A DNA stretch of 64,000 nucleotides, from positions 66,154,001 to 66,218,000 of the forward strand of contig CM060732.1 of NCBI GenBank assembly GCA_030704615.1, given 5' to 3'. The DNA comes from Takakia lepidozioides. Taxonomy: Eukaryota; Plantae; Bryophyta. Shown here piece by piece: positions 38,313-50,715 of this stretch. The notes under the pieces were generated by a model. That model was not told the DNA's origin and searched no databases. It worked only from the letters and a program-made list of their open reading frames with translations. Made by a program: the position numbers and the translations under genes. How positions within the stretch are numbered: position 1 is the first letter of the stretch; every line of letters starts with the position of its first letter.

Positions 38313-39535
38313 TCAATAGCCCATTGGCTCTGCACCATTGACGCCATCAAGGAGTGGTGTTGACTCTTCTGGAAGGCCATCACCTACTCCATTTCCTTCC
38401 CCTTCTGTGTGATAATTACTCGAAGCTGATGTGACATCATAACTGATGCTTTCCGCCCAAGCATGTTTGTATAGGCTGCTCAGCTGGCGAACAACTTCAT
38501 CCATACAAGGCCTGGGTTCAGGGGCAGTCTTAGTGCACTGCAGCGCCAGAGTGAGCACTTTCATCATGGAGTCTCTGTCTGCTGATTCTCTTAAATGCGA
38601 GTCAAACAAATCAAAAGCCTGCCCCTTCAACTGAGCTTTAACCCAGGTTACTAAGTCACATCTACCACGAGAAGGATCCTTTCCTGTCAAAAGCTCAAGC
38701 ATAACTATGCCGAAGCTATAAACGTCACATTTTACAGTGAGCCTGAGAGTGCTCTGGTATTCAGGTGCAATGTAAGCTCTGGTGCCTGCAAGAAAGGTGG
38801 TGACATGTGTCTTGGAAATATCCATATTCCTGGCCAGGCCAAAATCAGAGACCTTGGCTTCCAGTTTGTCGTCTAAGAGGATGTTGCTTGCCTTCACATC
38901 ACGGTGAATTATTCGTGGCCGACAACTATGCAGATATGCTAACCCTTCTGCCGCCCCCAGCATGATCTTGAGCCTGGTTGGCCAAGTAAGGTGGCTGCGC
39001 TTTGCTCCGGACTTATCCCTAATAAACTTGTCAAGGCTCCCATTCTCAAAGTATTCATACACCAGCAGCTTCCAATCTCTTGTTCGACAAAAACCCAGCA
39101 GTGCAACCAAGTTCGGATGTTTTACTCTTCCTACAGTGTCAAGCTCAGCTTTAAATTCCCGGTCGCTTGAATGTCCTTTTCCATCCAACCTCTTGACTGC
39201 TACAACAATGGAATCTGGAAGCACAGCCTTGTACACCTGACAAAGATTTTAGTACAGGTGAGCTTGGGTTCCCTTCCAGCATAAAAGGAGGCGAAAATTA
39301 CAGCAGGACCTGACATGATCTAGCACAACAGGCAAGGTGGTGGAGATTCACAAAGTGACACCCCTCTCTGCGGTATTGCTGTGGGGACCGAGCCTCTCCA
39401 TCCAAATCAAGCCGAGAGTTCACAGCCACGAGGCTAAAGCAAACAAAGTGTAATGTAAATTTCCTCTTAGTTTCATTAGACTGAGCTCAATGTTTATGGT
39501 CACAAGGCTACGGGAAGCTTGGTCAAGACAGTTAC

Positions 39536-39570
<35 letters not shown>

Positions 39571-40211
39571 CCCAAATGGGCAGGGGTTCTATGGCCACAA
39601 GACTATTACAAACGGCACATGAGTACATGAATTCATAACCCAGAAGTACACTAAGAGAAGAGTACTCGCATCTCATATATTCAGTTTATCAAGATGGGGT
39701 CTAACAGACCAGTGAAACATCATCACTTCACAAATTTTCCCATGCTCTGCTTGTCAAATTCAGTGAATGCTGCCTTCCAGGAGATCCTTGATCTGATTCA
39801 TATTCTTGAGGCTAATGGCTTCCGCATTGCCTTCTTGAAGAAAGGTAACTTCGCCAACCTTCGGTTCTACCTCACCTCGTCTTTCATTACTCAAAGGTAT
39901 GCATACAGTTGCTTCTTTTTTCTCTTATACTCCAGAATTATGATTCAGTATTGGCTTCATGTATTGTTCTATGTTATCTATCTTCATCATAAAAATGGAA
40001 TCCACATGATTGGATCTCCTTTCAAAAAATTTAGAGAGCTACACACACAACCTTCATGGCTATGAATGTCATATGTCATAACATATTAGCTAGAAGAGGA
40101 GACATGTCATGTGATATTAGGTGTTGAATAGAGAAGAATGGATTAGGTGAGTGCATACTCATCTCACCCAATTGAGTAGATGACCACTAAACTCTCCCTC
40201 TCCCTCTCCCT

Positions 40212-40256
<45 letters not shown>

Positions 40257-41343
40257 CCCCTCAAGGTTCCGGCAAACAACGTCGTATGAGTACATTCTCT
40301 CTCTCCCCTTCAATGTGGCAAGTTCTTGGTAACACCACTCAAGAATAGCCTGATCCCGCATTTCCGTTGAGAATTTTTATCCAGAACAGAAAAGGACAAC
40401 GGGGAATGCGGTGACAAATTAGGGTTCTCCTTAGGTCCTAACCTACACCAGCTGCCCTACATGGTTAGAAGCCCTGGCCGCTCTTCTCGTTCGGAAGACA
40501 GGAGAAGGCAAGAGCTGAAGGAGCAGTCACCTTACAGCTGAACTATGGCTACAATCAAGGCACTCACCCAGGCTCTTAAACACTTTGAAGTGCTGATTAG
40601 TCTGGCAACATAGAGAGAGTGGACGAGTGGACACTATGAAGAGCTTACATGGACTTGACTAGCAATACTCTAAATCTGCGCATACTTTTGCACACCGAGG
40701 GCTTCTATATGTACTCTTGTTTGAGTACGAGGCTCTAGTAACACCTTCTTTTTGGGAATGGGGGCTTACTGTTGTGAGACCACCACCCCAAGCATGGGCT
40801 GAAATAGGTGCTTGTTGCTGGCTTGCTTGTCTACCTACTGCTGGCTGCAATGCCTGAAAGGACCTTCTTTCCCTCTCCTCTCTTTGCCGGTATGACCTGC
40901 TACAGGATGACATCGATAACAAGTGCGAAGTGCTGAGAGCCTGGGTTCCACAGGGATCGATACCTTAGCTGGTCAGTCCCTTGAAAAATCAAAAGAGATG
41001 TGGCTGATGGTACCTTGGCAAAGCCACCCTCCCCAATCAGATTCGTCTTGCTGAATCCACCCGTCGCCTTCCGAAGCTCCTGGTATCGATACTTAACGTA
41101 AGGTTTGTCTTCAGGATTGGCTACATCCTCTTTGGAGCCAGGATATTTGGGCCTTTTATCCTCCAAGTTCAGGCTCTTTACTGTGAAACAGCGAGACACA
41201 AAGGCGGAGAATTGGGCGCCGAAGAAAAGAGAGAGGGTGAGAGCAGATGAGAATACAAAGAGAGCGGGGAGAGCTGCTGATTCCAGCCGGTACCCGCAGC
41301 TTCCATGGCATTCATGTTGGAACCAGGAAGCGGGACTCCTCAT
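38313..41343 (-). CDS. Receptor-like Ser/Thr kinase (LRR-X / BRI1-PSKR-EMS1-like kinase domain) with a very short N-terminus and one TM helix. Exons 41343-41014, 39236-38313
   Basis: YQELRKATGGFSKTNLIGEGGFAK|VYKA, VAVKRL, REFKAELDTVGRVKHPNLV.LLG, LLVYEY, IIHRDVKASNILLD, SDFGLAR, GTRAYIAPEY, DVYSFG, RP. Phase-0 GT-AG intron. Confidence 0.9.
39537..39568. repeat. (CT)n microsatellite flanked by decayed LINE 3'-end fragments
   Basis: Direct reading; atggtcacaaggctacgg lies upstream and atggccacaagacta...atgagtac downstream. Confidence 0.85.
40191..40306. repeat. (CTCTCC)n(CT)n microsatellite containing a ~35-bp LINE 3' terminus
   Basis: caaggttccggcaaacaacgtcgtatgagtacattctctctctc matches the LINE terminus at 57399-57430. 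Confidence 0.8.
40520..40975 (+). repeat. Dispersed repeat in the kinase intron, homologous to 10430-10880
   Basis: Same shared blocks as listed for 10430-10880. Confidence 0.7.
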
Positions 41344-42431
41344 CCCTCACAATCGCTCTCTAAGTTCATAGCTGATCCAGTAATATAACAGAAGTATTCT
41401 TCACACACGCAAGCAATGGCCCAATGAGATACTACAATAAGGTCCGACAACCGAGAAGACAGGCTCAGACTCAAAAATGCAAAACAAACAGCTCCAACTA
41501 GCTCGCGCAAGCGTGAGGAGGAGAAAGACAAAGAGTACCCAACACGCCTGGCACAGGCCTCAAAGGCAATGGTCTACTGGCGTCACATAGAAAGACAGAA
41601 ACAGAAACAGGCAACAAATACCCAAAATAACGTAAACCATGCTCCTCACGAAAATGCAAAGAAACGGACAGATCGTAGAGTAGCAGCAACAAGTCAAAAC
41701 CTCAGATACGTGAGAAAAAGAGACATTGAAGAGCAATGTGGAGTGTGCAGTGTGGACTCTGCCGCCCAAGGAATCAAAATATACTCTTTCCGAATTCGCG
41801 GGAAGACCCACACTTAAATATGTGCTCTACTTTATCGGAGCACACTTTCATGAATCATGGCATCTTTTGCCGCCCACACTCATCACCCCCTTTCTTCCGA
41901 GTATTATATGTCCTGAATTCCAATTGCTGGTCAGTCAAAATCCAGCAAAGATCATTCTCGGAAACTTGAGTGTATTATGCAACTTGGAAACAAATCGTTC
42001 GCCATCCATACAAAGCAAGTCTGTCTTACTTTCCGGACAAGTGTGTGGATGTTGGAAGAGCCTGCTGCTCAACACCCACCGCAACCAACCCAATGAGTGC
42101 CCACCAAGCAACCCATCCAAGCAATTCAGACCAGCCTTTGTTCCCTCTTTCTTTCAGCAAATTCTCCCTCACGTTATGATCTGCGATACGCTCTTTGCAA
42201 AGCTCTCAAATCCAGTTGGCTGGGATCGAACACAGCAGTTTCCAAAGCATTTCTACGAGCAAAATTCTTATAGAGAAGAGGACTACTGAGGGATGATTAC
42301 TATGCTGTCGGTACTACACTAACATCTTTCTTAAGAAAATTCTTAGTATTCTTAGAAAGGTGTGACGAAGACCCATCAAACATAGTACTTTTTATTTTCC
42401 ATCAAGTTTGTCAAATTCAAACTTTTTTCTC

Positions 42432-42505
42432 GGGCTCATGGGACAACCACAAGGGAAATCAGGGTTTGAACCCAGAATCACCTGGGTGGCAGTGAGCTAT
42501 CAACA
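42432..42505 (-). mobile_element. SINE family 2 fragment spanning the head-body junction
   Basis: The minus strand reads gatagctcactgccacccaggtgattctgggttcaaaccctgatttcccttgtggttgtcccatgagc. The head matches 17925-17972 and continues directly into the body seen at 37774 and 18350. Confidence 0.7.
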
Positions 42506-43220
42506 AGGGGTAACCAAAAAAAAGAAAAAAGAAAAAAAGGGTAACAAATTTTGGTGCAGACTGCAGACAATACAATCTGCTTATGTACTAGGTAATGGCC
42601 ACCGGGTGGACCTGGCGAACGGCAGGGCCACGAGCAGGTCGACCCGTGGCCATTCCGTGACCAATCATTAGGGTTTGGGAGCCTCGGTGTCAGTGTTAGA
42701 GCCACAGTATGGCCAGAGAAGGTTTGCCATGTGGTGCAACACGCAAACTCCCTTGACAAGTGAGGGGCCAAACCCTTTGAAGCGTTGGGTGCCAGGCGTA
42801 ATACCCCTGTCCCGCAATTACAGTATGAGGTATATACCTATAGTATCTGGTCTGCTCAACAGTCCGGCCATTGGATGGTGGGAGGTTGGGTAAGTATGTA
42901 GCATGTGACATGCTCCTGCGACTCTGAGTCAAACAGAGTATTCTAGGAATATGCGGATTCTATGTTATGGCGCGACGAATATCATGTATGTATCCCAACT
43001 CAGTGAAGGGGAAAAAAAATCTCCGAACGGGGTTGCTGTCCGAATAAACCTGGCTATTGCGTGTCAGGCCACATGGCTAGTGCATGCGAGGGCCAGGGAA
43101 GTGGCTCTTGCACGTGGCACCTACTTGACAAATGTGCAGGTCGCATCGAGAATAACAATGATAGAGACTCATGAGTGCACTGTAGAGAGCGAGAGCGACG
43201 TACAACGATTGTCGGAGGCA

Positions 43221-43815
43221 ATGAAAAGACTGCACGGAAGAGAGGACAGGGACGGCCTAAGAAAGAACCAAGTGCCAACAAGAGTCAAGTGCAGATGTTC
43301 GAGTTGCGATGTAAGCTTAAGTGCAGTTGGGGTGGAAGGGTGCAATGTTGGTGTAAATCTCTTTGATGTTTGAAAATGTTTTAGGGATGACCACTATTTG
43401 GGATTTTTTTTTCCAATGCGCATCTATGTGTAGCCGGTGTAACGTTAAGCCATTTGCAAATAGGTTAACGACTTAACCAATAGCCATTTGATCAGATTGC
43501 TTGCCAGTAGTGCAAGTGAATAAGTACGTAAAATCAGGTTTAGGTTGGGATATTGGCAATCCGCTGCCTAGACATAGTAATGCGCAAAAACTAAAACAAC
43601 TTCGTTTGCATACTTGGAGAGGTATGCTTAGCTACTGTATGAAAGAAGTCGGACAACCGTATTTTCTGTTTTACTGCCAAATTGTAACTGCATAGGATAT
43701 GGAGGAAGTGAAAGAAGTATATGCATTGTATGGCAATGCGGAGTGAAAGAATGAGTTTGTTTGACTCCTTCTGAGTTTGTATTTGAACGAGCTTTTATGT
43801 ATTACATTCATCAAC
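43221..43815 (+). mobile_element. Degenerate Replitron-type HUH (Rep) transposase pseudogene
   Basis: Ordered motifs across stops and frameshifts: DVSLSAVGVEGCNV; LSHLQ (decayed HUH-x-Q, ~43445-43459); VNKYVKSGLGW; LRLHTWRGMLSYCMKEVGQPYF (YxxK); VTA*DMEE...Y.LYG...KN; VCLTP...FERAFMY. Recognised from recalled family motifs, not from a search. Confidence 0.7.
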
Positions 43816-46005
43816 AACCTGGCAAGCACCCGTTGAACTTCAAGCACCCGTTGTGGCTCTTTCTTCTTACAAAAGTTTTGTCAAATGAAGCACCAAACAC
43901 TTGATATCCTAATTATTTTAAATGATAAACACCACATACTAACTTCAGAAATGCAGGGACAAGATGGCACTAAGTTAGGTATTCTGAGGCAAGATTCTGT
44001 TGACATACCTAGTTGAGAAATTAAAAAGGAGTTGGAACGATGTAGCGCCAAAGCGAGAGAGCAGGACTTCGAATGTTTTCAAGCTTGTATGTAGTCAGGC
44101 AGAGAGCTATTCATGCACTTGCTTCGTCATTTCTGAGAGGCCCCGTCAGAAATTCTAGCGAGTCAGGTCACGAATCGCATGTTATGTGACCATAACGTGA
44201 CAGTCTGGGCTTCCCAAAGTGATGGTCGCAGTTATCACATGCTTTTGAAAATCTAGGACGAGCTAGGCTGCTTTCAACACGCTAAAATAGTTGATATGGG
44301 ACCACAGTGAGGGGAAGATCCTAGCGCCTTCCCTCACATTGTGCCCTCCTTGGTAACACCTTCAGTTTGGGTCTTCCAGCATTTGCCAACGCAAGCTCAA
44401 AGAGTCCCCATGCAGTTTCAAAATCAGGTTTGTGTGGATCATACCTAGTTCTCTCCCGCAATCTCTCCTGCTTGGGTCCTTTTTTTTTAAATCCAGCACA
44501 TGATTCTTTTGTCATTACATCAACACTGCACGAGAAGTGTTGTAGAGCACCCTATGTGCTGCAGGGATTGGCTAGGGCATAGTTTGACTAGTTTGATCCA
44601 TTACTAATCCATTAATGGAATTTGGTCGTGGCTACAGCAGAGTAGCTCTGTAGGCTACGCAACAGATCTGTAGCCTACAAAGTAGAATTTTCTTTACCCA
44701 CGCCACTCTTATTGCCACTGCCGCTTTACTTCATTGTTGTCCATGACTTGCTTGTGACACTCTCATACAGCAATTCTCATGCAGTCTACTTGATCTCATC
44801 ACATATAAAAGAAAGGAGACCCCCATACTCTACTGTTCCTTGCTTTCTTGTATAGTGTCTTACATACCTAAGCAGTTTCCTTTTGCCCAGTAGTAGATGG
44901 AGCTTCCAAACTTGGAAGTCTTACCTCTTTTGCAATCACATTGTTCTGTCTGGTGCCTGTGCTAAGAGGGTCTAATCCACCAAATACCTCTACCACAAAA
45001 ATCGGCTGACCAAGAATTCTACTCTCCAAATCGATATGAAACCCACAAATACGGTCCTGCACTTTCTGCAAGGCTACCACCCCTGCAACAACGACAAAAT
45101 GTGAGGTAACCATGGTGGAGGCTATTAATAAGAACTAGATTAAACTCACTTGCAACTACTCAATGGCAACCATAAGTGGAACAATTCTCCAATATCTATT
45201 ACAGTGACTCCTTCATGGTCACTACAGCCTGAGTTGTGTGTGTACCACACACTTCACTGAAATGCAGTGTGTGCTTGTTACATGTAGTAAGGTGGTCGGG
45301 ATTCAAAAGATGAACACCCCCATCAACAACCATTGGTCCCTCCCTTACCCCTGCCTCACTCTGGATTGCAATTTCAGCTTACAACCTCCCGGTAGAAGAT
45401 AAGAAAGATGCAGTAAAATAGATGCCACTCTAATAAGCCAGGAGAAGATGAGCAGGAAAATTACGAGGTACTCTTACATTGAGAGAACTTCCACAAGCAT
45501 TCTGGGGTTCACAGTTGAGGGGATTGGGTCGTTGGCCTTCATACAAGAGGAACTGCAGCAACTCCCAAGTGGCATACAAAGAGAAGCAATCTGCTGTATT
45601 GAGGTCACAAGTGGACATGCCACCAATTCATTTGAAGTCCAGAGCTGGTTACGACTGTCCATGGCCAGATTGCCAGTCCTCCTGCAACACACATCTCTAA
45701 GTGAACAGGAGCCCGGATTTGGAAAGCAGGGGTACTACGCAGACAAAAGCCAACAACTTGTACATCTTCCCCATAGTAATCTGTGTCGGACCAAGCAATA
45801 ATTCCTGGTGAAAACCTTTGGTAGCAAGAGGTCGAAGTGACAAATACATGAGCCATTGTCAGCCAACCATCAAATGAAATTATTGTAAAGGTTGAGAGGT
45901 CCCCCAGATTCACTTAGTGAATCCCTAGAAGCACCTGGCATATAATACACAATATAGTACTAGCAATGCTGCACCTATGCCATTTCTACAAGGGATAGAC
46001 CAGCA

Positions 46006-49000
46006 TCAGTGTTGAGAATTAGCACTCACGAAAATGATGGAGTGATGGGCGGCCCCAACCATGAGAGTGTGCACGCCAACATCCAATATGTGCATGCCAT
46101 CCTCCTTAACTATGCTCAGATCCCTGCATGGGTTTATATTGAACACAACTTCGCTTTGGGCACCTGCTCCCAAATGGACTCTTTGGAAGGCCACAAGCTG
46201 CTTCAACGGAGCTCCACCAACACCAGCTAAAGGAGGCCTCACAAATAGCAGCATTGAGTGGCTTCCATCCATTGGGCCCTCGTTTTTCACTGTTACGCTT
46301 ATTGGAAAACTGGAGTCATCGCAGATACCTGTAAGATTCCATAGACTCCATGACATTCAAGTTAGTGAACACACCATGAGTCACAAAAGTCCATAAAGCA
46401 CTTGTAGGGATGCCTGCAAATTGAGAATGGACTCCCAAGTTCTGTAAGCATGTGATGCAATATTGACCCATCCACCCAGCAGACAAGCCTGTGACAAGAA
46501 ACTTGGAGTTGCATATATAATGGATAACTTGCTGATGACAACAAGATAATACCTTTGTCAGTCTCAAGACAATCCTTTGTGGAGCTCAGCGAAGCTCTTT
46601 CCGAATGGCAGAGCTGTTGGTGGACGCTCGGGGCAAGAATGTTTGAAGGTGTTGGACTGAACGAATGCGTAAACTTTGAGTAGCTCAGGCCATAACCAAA
46701 TTCATAAATTGGTGTGGCTGTGAAGAAACGGTAAGTGCGGCCAGGGTAGTCTGAAGAAGAATTGGGGCGCATATTCATGTCTGACATGTCTATGTTTGTA
46801 TAATTTTCATGGTACCATGAAAGAGGTAATCGGCCCCCTGCAACAACATGCACCATGCCCAGGTCAGACATAATACCTCAAACTCAGAGTTGGGACTATC
46901 GCCTCCACCTCAGTGTGTTTAGTCCTTGCTGCAGATTTTCTAACATGCACTAACAACTTCCCAAACAGCACACACATACCTGGATTAACGTCACCAAATA
47001 TAATCTCAGCTAGGGCTTGACCTCCAGCCTGACCAGGATAACCTGCCCACAATATACTTTGAATACGGTTGTCATCCTTGGCGAAGGACACATCAACTGG
47101 CCCTCCAGATAGAATAACTAGCACTACTGGGCACCCATTGGCAGCATCCAGAACAGCAGAAATAAGATCCTGTTGGTAACCAGGTAGAAGTAGGCTTGTC
47201 CTGTCAAACGATTCACGCTCTTGCTCTTGGCTCAGCCCAACAACTAAAACAATTGCATCAGCTTTTGTTGCTGCAATTGAGGCTGCTGGAATGAGGTTGG
47301 CATCCCCACAAGCAGCATCAGAACATCCAACCTCATAAAGTACCCTCTCCGAGTTCCCCCCGGCCCCCACCTGCAATACTCCTTGCAGAGGGGTGATGAA
47401 TGTGCAGGCGACACCTGCATTGGCAAGCACCCTTGCATCTTTAGGCTATAATTGAGCTTCATTTGAAATGAGAAGATTCGGATATAATGTGTTGACGAAT
47501 CTCTGTTGTCAACTGTCAATAGGACAATGGGGAGAAAGGACATGAGAGAGACACAGAGACTTAAGGATCAGGAAGAAATAGGAGAAAACAGAATTCCCGT
47601 CGGCCTCAATAATTCTTTTCATACCTTCATAATTACCAAGCATCTCTTGCGTCGCATTTGCATGTGGTCCAATGAGAGCAAACTTCAAATTGCTGTCACG
47701 ATTCCAGGGTAGTGTGCTCTCATCATTCTTCAACAGAACAATGCCCTGTCTTGCAGCCTCAAGGGCAAGATTTTGATTATCACTGGTGCAAATGTCACTT
47801 GGCCCTAGCAAGCCATACGGGAGAGTTTTTGGGTTTCCATCGAACATCCCAAGCCGCATTCTCACAGAGAAGAGATTGAAGAGATGATTGTCAATAATTG
47901 ACTCGGTAATTAAACCCTTGTCCACAGCAGCCTGAGCATGGATGGAGACAGTTGTTCCACAGTTGAGATCCATACCTGGACACACTCATACCATCAAGCA
48001 AGAACTGAAAAGTCCACACAAAAACTAATACATCTGCCGAATCTGAAAATTGCCTTAAAATAGGCAAATATCTGTTTTCCTCAACCAGTTTCATTACCGT
48101 AGCCATACAAAACCAAAGCAGGGAAGAGAGAGAGAAAAGTCTGATAAGAGGCATCCAGTGAGACAATGACTAGAGAGAGAAGTGACTGATAGCATCCTCC
48201 GCAACACGAAGAGTGTAAGACCAACATTGGCATACCTGCCAGCAGTACATACGACACTGCATCTTCAGGAGTCGGTGCATAGTAGACGTAGTCATGTATA
48301 AGGGCTACTGCATCACAATCAGACATAATGTACCTGCATTTGCCCACTATCTCTGTTAGCAAGAATTACAAAATTGCAGATTCTGGTGATTGTAATGAGT
48401 CAATTTCCTGTCCCCTGAAAACATGACTCCTGCTTGAATGTCAGCAATGGTTTGGGGGAGATTTTCTCTAGATTTATTGCACTATCTTGGGAGTGAAGGT
48501 CCTCATGTCAGAAGAGACCATGATTCTGGAATTGAAACTGGTGCACATGAAAATGCGTGCAAGACTAAATGTGGTGGAGATATCTACATAAAGTCTCCCT
48601 GTATATAAGGTGATGTGCTCGAGGTCTCAATGAAAAACCTAGCCAACAGGGTAGTAAGGAAGACATTGCAATGCATCAGTACACAAAACAACTAATACAG
48701 GCATGGTTAGCACAACAGGCAACTGTTTTGTATTCAGTCTGAAAAGAATGAAACCCCAAGAAAAGTGGCAACCTGTTTGAACTGTCACATACCCATCAAA
48801 ACCCCAAATGTCACGAACAGTCAGAGTCAGGAGAGCATAATCAGTGCACATTGGTATTCCGTTCAGGCGATTGTAGGAACACATAAGGCTGCTTGATTGG
48901 CCTTCTATGACGCAGCTCTTGAAAGGTGGATTGTAAGTGTCTTCCAAGTCTTGCTGAGTCACCTGACCTCCCAATATTGTAGTATCAGACATGATTACAT

Positions 49001-50715
49001 GGTCACCCTACTTCTGACTAGTTACCATAAAAATGCAAAAGAAAAAAACTCCCATGACTGACATGTTATGTAGTTTCAATGTGCTTGACTTGTCACATTT
49101 TTAGTTACTCCATAAATGAATGACATGATGAAGTTTTTTACATGACCTACACAAGAAATCTAGGGGTTGTGTATTAAGTACTGCTTGACAGATCAAGACA
49201 ACACCACAGGATGGAAAGCAAAATAATACCTTTGCATCAAACCAATTCCGGTCATAGCCTTTCCACTTGTCCAGATCATGAGCTGTAAAATGCTTGCAAC
49301 ATGCAGAAAGTTTCAACCTCTTAGGTCCCCCAGACTTTGAGGCTTTGTGCAAAGTTTTTGTGCCATCAAAGTCTCCCTCTTGCATACCCCTCACAAAGTA
49401 GATTGCATAGGTGCTTGTGAGCTTTGGATCTTCCCCAGGAGTTTCTTGGGTCCGTCCCCAACGGGGGTCTCGGACAATGTTGATGTTTGGAGACCAATAT
49501 GTCAAACCAGACCTGCCCGCATTGTAGACAACCCGGCCTTCTGTTGCTACAACCTGCAGCCAAGAGAGGCCAATTATGGAATCTCAAAACATGCTTGCTT
49601 CATGAAACTTCTGCCTGCAGATCTTGTGTCTGCGATCCCCAGGCTCAGAGACTCCTTTAGCATCAACAATCTTGAATGGCGACAAGGCAATTTTCCAGTA
49701 GGGATGTCTCAGACAATTCCTCAAGCCTCCTGACAAATAAGATCTCCACTAGTTCTTTGGGAGCTAAACTCACCATGCCTTCCTCTGTAAAGCATGCTAG
49801 AGAACTTTAACATACTTTGTACGATTGTGGTATGCATCTTGACAGAAAACCTTGGACTGTCACAAAGAAACAAGACACAGGGATTGATCTAGATAAGTGT
49901 TTCTAGATATCAAACTAAAACTGAGAGGTTGTGTTAGAGACTCGGGCATACTGAGACTCCTATCTAAAGTAGAAAAATGTCATATTGTGGTGAAGAGTGT
50001 GAGGCATAGAATTTGTCATCAGGCATAGTCGAGTTGGAAATGCAATTCCAGCCGTAAGAATGCTTTTACCTCTGCTATTGCTGCTAAGTAAAGTGTCTCA
50101 AACTTCCTACTTTGAAGATTTTGGAAGGGAGGGGGAAATTATGAACGGCATGCTTTCCTATTAGGCACTGAAGAGATTGAAGCCCCTGGACAGGTCCTGT
50201 CAATTTGCACTGGACACTCTTCATCAAGACACCAGACATTTGAACTTCAGAAGTTTCTAAGGTTCCTCGAGACATGCCTGGCCAATCTTGTTCCAGAGAG
50301 TGGAGTTGAAGGATGCAGCGCTCACTAAAGGAATAGGGAAGCTGGTTGCTGATGGAACCGTGCCCCCAAAATGCACGGAAGGACTGATGGCCACACCATG
50401 CAATCCCTCACCCCACCACTCATAGGCTGGCAACCCCAACCTTGACACGTTCGCAGCTGTGCTGACAAGCTGTGTAATCTTCTCTTGAAGTGTAAACCGC
50501 GATATGAGATCTTGTACACGTTTACTGTCAGGAAGAGAGATGTCACAGAAACCGAAAGATCGGAGTTCTGGATACCTCTCAAAGTCGCATGCATACTCCA
50601 ACTCATACTCGAAGGCATTCCCCAATCTACCACTCTGCAGTACACCAAAAAGTAGCGCAGCTACCGCAAGCCAGTCGAGTCCCATTTTAAAACAACAGCC
50701 TTGCTGATACTTCAT
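46006..50715 (-). CDS. BXL: GH3 beta-D-xylosidase / alpha-L-arabinofuranosidase (BXL family), secreted. Exons 50715-50278, 49553-49230, 48962-48793, 48333-48236, 47975-47625, 47414-46980, 46837-46553, 46328-46006
   Basis: Signal peptide; FCDISL....[89 protein letters not shown] (nucleophile Asp), [27 protein letters not shown], Fn3-like C-terminus. The first intron is GC-AG. The start may be the second Met (MGLDW). Confidence 0.95.

Noticed and set aside
41340-42289. ORFs upstream of the kinase as missing ectodomain exons
   Set aside because: No LRR, malectin or lectin motifs; the sequence looks like 5'UTR, intron or promoter.
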